Source: Gammaproteobacteria bacterium (lineage in GTDB: Bacteria; Pseudomonadota; Gammaproteobacteria; GCA-001735895). Taken from it: a stretch of DNA of 64,000 nt. The stretch is from positions 75,956 through 139,955 of the forward strand of contig JBNKUM010000076.1 of assembly GCA_050298595.1 (NCBI GenBank), read 5' to 3'. The notes below the pieces were generated by a model. That model searched no databases. It saw nothing but the letters and a program-made list of their open reading frames with translations, and was not told where the DNA came from. Positions 22,055 through 31,363 of the stretch are shown piece after piece. The position numbers and the translations under genes were made by a program. Each line of letters starts with the position of its first letter. The stretch's first letter is position 1.

Positions 22055-22168
22055 GATCAGTAAGTGCCATTCGGGTCAGGTACAAATTAATGTATCAGCT
22101 CTATCTAAATGAAGGGTTTAGGGTGGTTTCACGGTTTTCAATTTGATCTCGCATGGCCTGTTTGGACC

Positions 22169-22337
22169 CAGGCCGTGTGAAAACTCGCTTCAATTTGATG
22201 ACACCAAAAAAATTCCCCACTACGGGGTAATTTTTCAGAAATATTTAGAGTTCAATTACCACAAAATATACGGAATTGATTCTATATAAGACCCCATATT
22301 CCACTTGAAAAATTGGAAAATAGTTTCACACAGTCTG
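22169..22337. mobile_element. ~170 bp MITE, copy 1
   Basis: Terminal IRs CAGGCCGTGTGAAAACT / AGTTTCACACAGTCTG; body aligns with the reverse complement of 24269-24438. Confidence 0.85.
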
Positions 22338-22822
22338 TGCCCATAGCAGTCGTTACTGATTTGGGATATTTATGTATATCATTCAGGCCCGTCCCAAAGA
22401 TTACCATGCAGCTCTGGCGAGACTATGATCGTCAATTTAGTATCCATAATACATCATCCATTTTTGTAGCCCATTACTGCATTACCGGAAGTGTAATTTA
22501 GCTTAAAAATAAATAGTTATGGTTTTCTATGAGATATGGTCGAGATAACTATGAATATCATACGCTAAATAGCTTATATAGTTTTCTCGGCTTCTATGCT
22601 TTACTTTCTCTTTCGAACTTATTTGAAGGTTGTGGCCTCGTACAAACTCGGGTATGAAAGTGCTATTGCTGCATGTGCACCACTTCACTTTTGTTTCAAA
22701 TCAATAAGGGTTACGGTTTGAACGTAATCAAACTTGAAATGTCCGTTAAAAATTGAAAACCACGCTGGGTAATAACAAATAATGTAATTGTGCAACACAT
22801 CAAAAATCATGGTTTCATGTTC

Positions 22823-22912
22823 TGCTAACCAGTAGCTCAAAACGGACTCGCACCACCAGGGTGCCGCTCGCGTTACCAAAGACGGCGCGAGCCATTTAGC
22901 CAAGCGTTAAAC
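22823..22912 (+). mobile_element. Integron attC site
   Basis: R'' TGCTAAC ... R' GTTAAAC, L boxes GCTCAAA/TTTAGC with an extrahelical base, CTCGC/GCGAG stem; the next ORF starts 19 bp later. Confidence 0.8.
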
Positions 22913-22931
22913 ACATGAATTAGGAGTTTAA

Positions 22932-23633
22932 ATGAAAAGATATATAGTATTTTTTAGCACGCTTTGTTTATTTAGCGCAGCTGTAGCAGAAAATCGTGGG
23001 ATCGAGGAAACCAATTATAGTGTGTTTGGCTTGGTATCAGATGCAGACAGCGGCAGTAGTATGACATTAGCAGGCCATACTAGGGTTCCTGTCACAAATT
23101 ATACAGGGGCCAGTATCACTGTAGGATATTCAGATTTTAATGGAACAAATAATTATATTGACTCTTCAACTAATTCATTTGGTCTGGGTGTATTTGTCAG
23201 GGATTATGATTTAGGGATCATAAATCTTAGTTATATGTATTCTCGAACAGAGTGGGATTCGTCAATTTTAAATTCAGAGGATAGTAAGGATAGTATTGAT
23301 TCCATATCCTTGAGTAGTACCTATTACTACAAAGAATTTGACTTAGGTTTGGGGCGCTCAAAGGCAAAAGCAGATATGGGTAGCTCATTTAATACGTCTA
23401 GCGCAAGCGTTTCATACTATGTAAATGAAAATCTCATAGTTGGAGCAACTGTTATTAAAATGGATGCAGATGATACCAATTATTTTATTTCATATCAGCC
23501 TCGCGCATTTGGCAATGTCGCAGATTTATCGGTGGCATATCAAGATTCCTCGGTAGATGACACATTAACGATTTCACTGGCATATTATTTTGATACAAGA
23601 GTAAGTCTAAAAGACAGAGTCAGGAGATACTAA
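22932..23633 (+). CDS. Cassette-borne putative outer-membrane beta-barrel protein
   Basis: Signal peptide, alternating amphipathic Tyr/Ser-rich strands, RBS TAGGAG; bounded by attC sites. Confidence 0.75.
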   Translation: MKRYIVFFSTLCLFSAAVAENRGIEETNYSVFGLVSDADSGSSMTLAGHTRVPVTNYTGASITVGYSDFNGTNNYIDSSTNSFGLGVFVRDYDLGIINLSYMYSRTEWDSSILNSEDSKDSIDSISLSSTYYYKEFDLGLGRSKAKADMGSSFNTSSASVSYYVNENLIVGATVIKMDADDTNYFISYQPRAFGNVADLSVAYQDSSVDDTLTISLAYYFDTRVSLKDRVRRY

Positions 23634-23637
23634 AAGT

Positions 23638-23743
23638 GCCTATCAAAACAAATTCACTAGTACAAATTTCCGCAACGTTCGTTTGTGGCGAATGCTACAA
23701 GCCCTACATTGCTCCAATTTGTCGGTGATTTGCGGCGATACGC
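23638..23743 (+). mobile_element. attC site with a non-canonical ATC/GAT core
   Basis: Left arm GCCTATC-aaaa-CAAATtCAC..ACAAATT pairs with right arm AATTTGT..GTGATTTG-cggc-GATACGC. Confidence 0.7.
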
Positions 23744-23748
23744 AATAA

Positions 23749-24125
23749 ATGAATATAGCCCCTACTAATAAGTCAGATTTAGATGCTTGTAATAATCTTT
23801 ATCTGGCATCTGATGAAGAAGTCAGCGAAAAAATTAATGAGCTTCTGGTATGGGTTCAAGACATCAACTGGCCAGTGGCAACAAGCATTTGTGAAAGGCT
23901 AAAAAGCATTGGTAGTCCACTAGTAGAGCCCCTCAGAAAAATACTACCTGATTCTAATGAAATTTGGAAATATTGAGTTATTTCAAATCTTTTAAGTAAG
24001 GCTTGTAACGAAACGATATGCTCTTTGAAAAGTGAACTAGAGAAAATAGCGGTTAATCCCACTGAAGGCGAAATGTCAGAAGAAGTGAAATTGTTGCAAG
24101 TGAGGTTTTAGCTAAATGTCTATAA
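23749..24125 (+). pseudogene. DUF5071-like cassette gene with an internal stop and a late frameshift
   Basis: PTNKSD, LLVWVQDINWPVA, IWKY*VISNLL..ELEKIAVNPTEGE. Confidence 0.75.
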
Positions 24126-24134
24126 ACGCGGATA

Positions 24135-24200
24135 ATCGGGATAGGGAGCTACTCAAGTAGCCCCCTCCCGCAGCACCGTACATACTGGTCCGTATAAGCG
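24135..24200 (-). mobile_element. Group IIC intron 3' remnant (domains V-VI)
   Basis: Minus strand TATACGGACCAGTATGTACGGTGCTGCGGGAGGGGGCTACTTGAGTAGCTCCCTATCCCGAT, ending in AT. Confidence 0.8.
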
Positions 24201-24268
24201 CCTGACCAGTTATTAACTGTTACGTTTTTTGTGTTCAAAATGGGGCCACTGAATGTCCTCTTCGGGTC

Positions 24269-24438
24269 CAGGCTGTGTGAAAACTATTTTCCAATTTTTC
24301 AAGTGGAATATGAGGTCTTATATAGAATCAATTTCGTATAATTTTTGATAATTGACCTCTAAATATTCCTGAAAAATTACCCCGTAGTGGGAAATATTTT
24401 TGGTGTCAGCAGTTTGAAGTGGGTTTTCGCACAGCCTG
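24269..24438. mobile_element. ~170 bp MITE, copy 2 (inverted relative to copy 1)
   Basis: CAGGCTGTGTGAAAACT ... GGTTTTCGCACAGCCTG; shared internal sequence such as GAAAAATTACCCCGTAGTGGG. Confidence 0.85.
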
Positions 24439-24569
24439 GGGCGACAGCTGCCATACCAGCTAGAATAACGAATGTCCGCTATTGAAAATTTGTAAGATGA
24501 AATCAAGCTGCGCAGGGTGTGTAGTAGTTCAGACCCCACTGTTTCGTTAACCATTACAGTCGATTTATT

Positions 24570-24796
24570 TTTTCACGCTCCTATGCGGCGGCGTATCTCT
24601 GCGTTGCCTATAAGGACATAGGTAAGGAGCGTGAACAGGACGCGGAATCCTTGCCTATAGGCGCATAAAGTAAGGGGCGTGAGCAGGACGCGGCAGCTTT
24701 GTAACACCCTTGAATAACCCGCTATTCCGCGTCGTCACGCCTTGATCTACACCACCGCAAACGCACACTTCTACTCGTCCAACTGCGGATTCCAGG
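24570..24796. repeat. Non-coding element with an internal ~46 bp tandem duplication and an IS-like end
   Basis: TTGCCTATA..GTAAGG.GCGTGA.CAGGACGCGG twice; ends CAACTGCGGATTCCAGG, nearly identical to 44809-44825. Confidence 0.55.
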
Positions 24797-24911
24797 TTGA
24801 ATCACTTAGAATGATGTCCATGCCAGGGCGGATCACAAAAGCCATCGAAAGGAAATGCTCAATACTTGAGCTACCTCTATTTGCTCTCTTTAGCGAGTAG
24901 TCATGAAGTGG

Positions 24912-26180
24912 CTATTCAAATGTTTTTTTTAATATCCGTTGATTTTTGATCAATGCTTGCCGGACTTGTTGAAAAGCTGGGTATTTGCCGTGCATTTCTT
25001 CAAATCGCTGTTCAGCACGATCAAAAGCATCAATGATACCGCCAGATAAATCTTTGATTGCAGTGTCGAAAATTTTAAAGGATGTATCGCACTCATCAGC
25101 GAGTCTTTCCCAATGGGCTCTTTTAATATTATTGATATTCGTTTCACCACCAATCGATAACGCCAGATCATGATTAAACACATGGCTTGGCCAGGCATGA
25201 ATCGCAATGAGATCATAGAAAGGGCTTAAGCGAGTGGCATTATCCTGGCCGTATAAAAATGAAAGGTTTTTTGCGTGCGCATCCGAATTACCCACAAGAT
25301 AATTAAACACCAGCCATTGGATGAGTCCTGGGATGTCTTTTAAGGGTTGAGTTGAATGCTCACGTACCAGCTGCAGGCATTCGGCAAACGTGGGACCACC
25401 TTCATGTTCGTATTTACTGCTACTAGGTCTTCCACTCGCCTGACAGAAGTCTTCCTGGTGAAGTCGGATAAGGCCATCCGTGATCAAGGCACGATCATAG
25501 CGTTTACCAAGCGTATAGGATTCTTTTTCGTGTGTGCAATAGTCAATTTCACTGACATCGAGTTTCAGTTCAGTGGCTGTCCACATCGTGATTGTTTCAT
25601 AGGCAGGGACATGATTGATATCGCGTAATCGGTATTTCAAAATGTGTGTTGATATGGCGTTATCCAGGGGAATATAGAAGTTGCCGTTTTCATATTTTAC
25701 AGGTGACTTATCCTGCGCACCGGCCAGTGACAGGCGGGGGGGATTATCACCTGCATGTACGACCACTGATGGATTGCGTTTGATCAGGAGTTCGGTAAGT
25801 TCTTTATCATTGAGTAGACAGTATTGGGGGGCGACATCCTGTGGCTCCTCGCCCAGAATGGATAATGCCCCTGCGCACTCGCCGCCAATTGCGCGGAGTA
25901 ATTCAAAATCATTTTCAACACTGATTTTCTTCTCTCGGCAGATTCGTTTGCGGCTATCGGCTTCAGGTAACAGGTTGGCAAAATAGTTGTGAGCAACGCC
26001 ATTTTCGGCGCCTGGCCCAAAAGCTTCCGCTCTCAATGGCAGTGTTTTTGACACGGGAAAACGAACAGAGTTTTCTAGCCATTCGTTTGAGTACTGAAAA
26101 CCCATTTCATTACGTTCGTCACGCCACAAATAGCCAACATGGTGACCATTGGTCCAAACATTGAGTTCGTCATCATACAT
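24912..26180 (-). CDS. hipA: HipA family toxin kinase
   Basis: YFANLLPE, IGGECAGAL, LSLAGAQDK, RLHQEDFCQA, GNSDAHAKNLS, LSPFYDL. Confidence 0.95.
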   Translation of the reverse strand: MYDDELNVWTNGHHVGYLWRDERNEMGFQYSNEWLENSVRFPVSKTLPLRAEAFGPGAENGVAHNYFANLLPEADSRKRICREKKISVENDFELLRAIGGECAGALSILGEEPQDVAPQYCLLNDKELTELLIKRNPSVVVHAGDNPPRLSLAGAQDKSPVKYENGNFYIPLDNAISTHILKYRLRDINHVPAYETITMWTATELKLDVSEIDYCTHEKESYTLGKRYDRALITDGLIRLHQEDFCQASGRPSSSKYEHEGGPTFAECLQLVREHSTQPLKDIPGLIQWLVFNYLVGNSDAHAKNLSFLYGQDNATRLSPFYDLIAIHAWPSHVFNHDLALSIGGETNINNIKRAHWERLADECDTSFKIFDTAIKDLSGGIIDAFDRAEQRFEEMHGKYPAFQQVRQALIKNQRILKKTFE

Positions 26181-26679
26181 TTAACAGATCTGCCTTACTG
26201 AGTCGGTAGTTTCTGGGGGCAATAGCTACTTCCAGGCCATAGTTCCTAAGTGCTGAAAGGGCTTTGCCAATCTGGCAATTCCTGCCCCGCTCAAAATCAG
26301 ATAAAAACCGAAGGCCTAGTCCTGAGAGTTCCTTGACCGTGTCTAATGTGGCTTTTTGGGCTTTACGGTGATGACGTGCTAGTTCGCCTATCTCTTTTAT
26401 ATTGGTAAATACTCCATAGGGGGGGGCGATAGTGAGCACATTCCTCGGGTAGATGTGCAGACTAAGGCCAAGCAGATTAATGTATTGTAGGGTCTTATTA
26501 AAGAAAGCAGTTTCTTTGCCGCGCTCAATCTCCGAGATAAAGCGTTCTCCCAGAGTGGCGAAACTGCTGGCATCGCTGATAGTGGAGGCTTGTTCGCGAC
26601 GACGGTCTCGTAGATGGCGGCCTAGCTCTATCGTGCTCTGTATATGCTTTGCGCTGGCTTTACTGATAGTTTGCGTCAT
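26173..26679 (-). CDS. HipB-like antitoxin with two tandem HTH domains
   Basis: Repeat 1 ELGRHLRDRRR..LGERFISEIERGKET; repeat 2 EIGELARHHRK..LGLRFLSDFERGRN; overlaps the hipA start. Confidence 0.85.
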   Translation of the reverse strand: MTQTISKASAKHIQSTIELGRHLRDRRREQASTISDASSFATLGERFISEIERGKETAFFNKTLQYINLLGLSLHIYPRNVLTIAPPYGVFTNIKEIGELARHHRKAQKATLDTVKELSGLGLRFLSDFERGRNCQIGKALSALRNYGLEVAIAPRNYRLSKADLLNV

Positions 26680-26684
26680 TAATA

Positions 26685-26847
26685 ATCCCGATATGGAAAA
26701 TATACGTAGGTATAGCTATTGGAGACGCATAGATTCCCGATATGGAAATTATAGTGTGGCATATAGGAAAATTGCAAATAATATTCCCGATATAGAAATT
26801 TAAAGGGTTCCACTTCTGGAGATGGAAAAATACTCCCGATATAGAAA
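26685..26847. promoter_or_regulatory. Four operator-like direct repeats upstream of hipBA
   Basis: nTCCCGATATRGAAA at 26685, 26734, 26784, 26833. Confidence 0.8.
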
Positions 26848-26985
26848 TAATTGTATTAGTTGGCCAAGGAGGTTAGCGGGTTAAACTAGATTGAAAAAAA
26901 TCTGACAGCACACAAATTTGAGTAGTCATGGACTCAAGGAGTAAGGTCTTTTATCCTCGTTATACTTAAACATTAAGGTTGAACC

Positions 26986-28893
26986 ATGAGAATATACACT
27001 TCAGTTAAGGAAGTGATCGAAATTTATAACGTCCGCCACTGGAGCCAGGGATATTTTGGCATTAATACCAGTGGCAATGTATATGTGGCACCAAATAAGG
27101 AACATCCTGACATACAGGTTAATCTGTCAGATATCGTTGTAAATATTCAGGAGCGAGGCATTTCTCTGCCTGCATTGGTTCGTTTTCCTCAAATTTTACA
27201 TCATCGCGTTAATAGCCTTTGCGAGGCGTTTAATGAAGCTATTGAAAAGTATGGTTATGAAGAGCGTTACCTGTTGGTTTATCCAATTAAAGTTAATCAA
27301 CAAGGAGAAGTGGTAGATGAAATTTTAGCGAGCCAGTTTAATAATGAAGTGAAACAACTTGGTCTGGAAGCAGGCAGCAAAGCTGAATTGCTTGCTGTGC
27401 TGGCCATGGCTCAAAAAGTCAGCTCAGTAATCGTATGTAATGGTTATAAAGACCGTGAATACGTACGCCTGGCTTTAATCGGTGAAAAATTAGGTCATCA
27501 AGTTCATATTGTTTTAGAGAAAATGTCGGAACTCGCCTTAGTCCTGGCCGAGGCAAAAGCACTTAATGTAGAACCAAGGCTGGGTATTCGAGTACGTTTA
27601 GCATCACAGGGTAAAGGAAAGTGGCAGGCAAGCGGTGGTGAAAAATCCAAGTTTGGATTGTCAGCGACTCAAGTTTTAAAAGTCATTGAGACGCTTAAGA
27701 TGGAGAATAAATTGCACTGCCTGTTACTTGTGCATTTTCATTTGGGATCACAAATGGCGAATATCAGAGATATTCGAATAAGTGTCAGTGAAGCAGCACG
27801 AGTCTATTGCGAATTGAATAACTTAGGTGCCAAAATCTCTTGCTTAGATGTTGGTGGTGGGTTAGCGGTAGACTATGACGGAACACGCAGTCAATCCCTT
27901 AACTCCATGAATTACAGTCTGCTAGAGTATGCTAATAATATTGTTCATACGATTGGTGATATTTGCAAAAGTTACCAACAACCTATGCCAATGATTATCT
28001 CTGAATCCGGTCGCTCTTTAACAGCACATCATGCCGTACTGATTACCAATGTGATTGGCACAGAAGGTTACGAACCTGAAACGATTGAACCACCCGTAAA
28101 TGTTGAATCTACCGTTTTAAGTAACATGTGGACTTCATGGCAACAGTTGCAACAACACAATGATGACAGGGCCTTAATTGAAATTTACCATGACACTCAA
28201 AACGATTTAATTGAAATGCACAGCCAGTTTGCCATGGGGTTGATTGATCTTCAGCAACGTGCCTGGGCTGAACAGGTCAATCTACGGATTTGTGATGAAT
28301 TAAATGGATTAATGGATGGCAAAAACCGATTTCATCGGCCAATCATTGATGATTTGCAACAGAAGTTAGCGTCAAAATATTTCCTGAATTTTTCCTTGTT
28401 TCAGTCACTACCGGATGCCTGGGGCATCGGTCAGGTATTTCCTGTATTACCACTGAATAATCTAGACTGTGGCGAAATGCAGCGCGCGGTATTGTTAGAT
28501 ATCACCTGTGATTCCGATGGCACTATTGACAGTTATGTGGATGGCCAGGGTATCGAAAATACCTTGCTGGTTCCAAAATGGCAGCCTGATCGAGAATGTT
28601 ACATGGGGTTCTTTTTAGTGGGCGCTTATCAGGAAATATTAGGTGATATGCATAACTTATTTGGTGATACCCATTGCGCTGTTATCGAAATTAACGATAG
28701 CGGAGACATTGATATCAAGAAAATAAATGAGGGTGACACAGTTGAAGATATGTTGAGTTACGTACATCTAGATGTTGAGCGATTTAAAGAAGCCTATGCA
28801 GAATTGGTAAATCATAAATTACCCTTAGCTGAGCGAAGTGCAGTGTATGACGAGCTCGTTGACGGTTTAAAAGGTTATACCTATTTAGAATAA
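26986..28893 (+). CDS. speA: Biosynthetic arginine decarboxylase
   Basis: [65 protein letters not shown]. Confidence 0.97.
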   Translation: MRIYTSVKEVIEIYNVRHWSQGYFGINTSGNVYVAPNKEHPDIQVNLSDIVVNIQERGISLPALVRFPQILHHRVNSLCEAFNEAIEKYGYEERYLLVYPIKVNQQGEVVDEILASQFNNEVKQLGLEAGSKAELLAVLAMAQKVSSVIVCNGYKDREYVRLALIGEKLGHQVHIVLEKMSELALVLAEAKALNVEPRLGIRVRLASQGKGKWQASGGEKSKFGLSATQVLKVIETLKMENKLHCLLLVHFHLGSQMANIRDIRISVSEAARVYCELNNLGAKISCLDVGGGLAVDYDGTRSQSLNSMNYSLLEYANNIVHTIGDICKSYQQPMPMIISESGRSLTAHHAVLITNVIGTEGYEPETIEPPVNVESTVLSNMWTSWQQLQQHNDDRALIEIYHDTQNDLIEMHSQFAMGLIDLQQRAWAEQVNLRICDELNGLMDGKNRFHRPIIDDLQQKLASKYFLNFSLFQSLPDAWGIGQVFPVLPLNNLDCGEMQRAVLLDITCDSDGTIDSYVDGQGIENTLLVPKWQPDRECYMGFFLVGAYQEILGDMHNLFGDTHCAVIEINDSGDIDIKKINEGDTVEDMLSYVHLDVERFKEAYAELVNHKLPLAERSAVYDELVDGLKGYTYLE

Positions 28894-28917
28894 CTGTAAT
28901 TTTTGAGCCTGGAACAA

Positions 28918-29856
28918 ATGAAAAATATATTTCGACAAGTTGATCTTTCAATTTATTCAAACGCGATGACCTATTTGCGTCGTCCTTATTCTAATCAACC
29001 AGACAGAAGTGATGCAGATGTTGTTGTGCTGGGGTTGCCTTTTGACCTCGCAACCACAGGGCGAGCAGGAGCCAGAATGGGACCCACTGCGATCAGGCAA
29101 GCGTCTGTTCATTTAGCGTGGGAAGACAAACGTTATCCCTGGGATTTCGCTTTAACAAAAAAATGTAACATTGTCGATGGAGGTGATTTAGTTTATACCT
29201 GCGGTGACTCCGAAGAGTTTACAGAGAATGTTGAATCTGCCGCGACGGCTTTGTTAAAGAAGAAAAAATCAATTCTAGCATTCGGCGGCGATCATTTTGT
29301 CACATTACCCTTGTTGCGTGCCCATGCAAAAGTTTATGGCAAAATGGCACTCATTCACTTTGATGCTCATACCGACACATATGAAAATGGCGGTCGTTAT
29401 GACCATGGCACAATGTTTTACCATGCCCCTAAAGAGGGCCTGGTGGATACTGATTCTTCTGTGCAAATTGGCATCAGAACCGAATATAAAACCAGAGATC
29501 ATGCTTACAAGGTTATTGATGCTGCTCAGGCAAACGAGCAAAATGTTGAAGACATCGTAGCGATAATCAAAAATTCTATTAAAGATTTACCGGTGTACCT
29601 GACGTTTGATATTGATTGCTTGGACCCTGCTTATGCGCCAGGAACAGGAACTCCTGTGATAGGTGGAATGACAACCGATAAGGTTCTAAAAATATTACGG
29701 GCGCTCGCAGGCATCAATATAGTGGGAATGGATGTTGTTGAAGTGTCGCCCGCCTATGATCATAGCGAAGTGACAGCGCTAGCAGCAGCATCTATAGGCT
29801 TAGAATTGCTGCACCTGTGGACAGTTAAACACAAGATAGGAAAAACCAGATCTTGA
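28918..29856 (+). CDS. speB: Agmatinase
   Basis: [47 protein letters not shown]. Confidence 0.96.
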   Translation: MKNIFRQVDLSIYSNAMTYLRRPYSNQPDRSDADVVVLGLPFDLATTGRAGARMGPTAIRQASVHLAWEDKRYPWDFALTKKCNIVDGGDLVYTCGDSEEFTENVESAATALLKKKKSILAFGGDHFVTLPLLRAHAKVYGKMALIHFDAHTDTYENGGRYDHGTMFYHAPKEGLVDTDSSVQIGIRTEYKTRDHAYKVIDAAQANEQNVEDIVAIIKNSIKDLPVYLTFDIDCLDPAYAPGTGTPVIGGMTTDKVLKILRALAGINIVGMDVVEVSPAYDHSEVTALAAASIGLELLHLWTVKHKIGKTRS

Positions 29857-29874
29857 TTTTTTGGCCACGTCGTT

Positions 29875-30635
29875 GTGATTAATGAATCCGTAAAAAAAGA
29901 AATTCTTAGGCGCCTTAGTGACGCTGAACGTGAGCACTCGATAAAAATAATTTAAGCCTGTGAATCTGGCAGTAGAGCATGGGGCTTCGAGTCTCCAGAC
30001 TCGGACTATGATGTTAGATTTATTTATGTCCGTGAAGAAGACTGGTATTTGTCGTTTGATGTTGAATCAAAGCGGGATGTGATCGAATATCCAATTGTTG
30101 ATGAAATCGATTGCAGTGGTTGGAATTTGCGAAAAGCATTGTATTTATTTACGCGTACAAATGACGCACTCCTTGAGTGGCTAAACAGTCCGATAAAATA
30201 TATCGAGACGGGTGATTTCGCAAAATCAATGAGAGACCTCGCACCAAGGGCAATAAATAAAACGGCGCTATGCTATCACTATAGCCATATGGCTAGAGGC
30301 AATGCTAGAGAGTACCTGTTCCAGGATCAGGTAAAGCTTAAAAAGTATTTCTACGTACTCAGGCCTTTGCTCGCTATCAGGTATCTTGAAAAATATTCGA
30401 CCCCACCGCCCGTTGAGTTTGAAAAACTCCTTAGCGAGGTCTGTCCAAGTGAGCTAATTCCAGTCATAGAGAAATTAATAGCCGCCAAGAAAAAAACACC
30501 AGAAATCGGTTATGGAGAAAAAATCCAGCAAATAAATGATTTTGTGGCGTCGGAGTTTGACAGGCATGGTACGGACTTTACGGGCCAGGGAAGGCCTGAC
30601 ATATTGGAAAGCACTGCCATAAGGTCAATGTTTAA
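29875..30635 (+). pseudogene. YcgL-type (Pol-beta superfamily) nucleotidyltransferase with a nonsense codon at 29953
   Basis: [52 protein letters not shown]; the C-terminus runs in frame into the next gene. Confidence 0.85.
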
Positions 30636-30639
30636 TTAT

Positions 30640-31232
30640 ATGACCAATGCCCCATACAAAACACCAAGCGCAGAACTGGCAATCGAAACAGATGAGGAGC
30701 AGTTCCAATTTTATGTCGTATCAATCAGGAAATTTACTGTATTGTTCTTTATAACTACAGGACTTTATGCAATTTACTGGTTTTATATAAACTGGAAAAC
30801 ATACAGGGATTATAGCGGCAAAAGTTTATGGCCCGTTCCTCGCGCAATATTTAGCATATTTTTCACCCATAGCCTGTACAGCGAAGTCCAGAATTCACTC
30901 AATGAAAAGGCAAGACATATAGCTGGAATCCAGGCTCCTTAGCAACAATTTACGTAATTTTAGCAATCGTAAGCCAGATTCTAGACAAAATGTCCCAGAA
31001 AGATATTGGCTCCCCCTATACCGATGTATTAAGCATACTCATTTTACCGTTTATATACGCCGCGTTAGTTAAAGCCCAGAAAGCTATTAATTTCAGCCAA
31101 AATGATCCCGAAGGTGACTCCAATAATAATTACACAATTGGAAACTACATCTGGATTGCTCTTGGTACAGCTTTATGGATGATGATTATATTTGGTTTTC
31201 TAATGATATTCGGAGTTGTAAACCTTGAGTAA
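30640..31232 (+). pseudogene. Membrane protein (DUF4234-like) with a frameshift near 30915
   Basis: MTNAPYKTPSAEL, FYVVS..KF..LF..T.GLYAIYWFY.NW, WPVPRAIFSIFF; continues in the 30990 ORF. Confidence 0.7.
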
Positions 31233-31363
31233 AGCTAACAAAATAAACAGCCTGATAAGTTCATCATCAAGCTATTATTAAATACAACAACCCGGCAGGA
31301 ACTTTATTGCACTGTACCATATAAAATTCAACTTAAGTGTCACGTTTGTAGAGGATAAAAACC

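Noticed and set aside
17969-23976. TGA at expected Trp positions (nnrS, DUF5071-like gene), suggesting TGA recoding
   Set aside because: Intact genes here end in TGA, istB has TAG at a Trp position, and the affected genes carry other lesions; ordinary nonsense mutations explain it
26685-26847. Regularly spaced 15 bp repeats as a CRISPR-like array
   Set aside because: The repeats are too short and sit in the hipBA promoter, which fits operators
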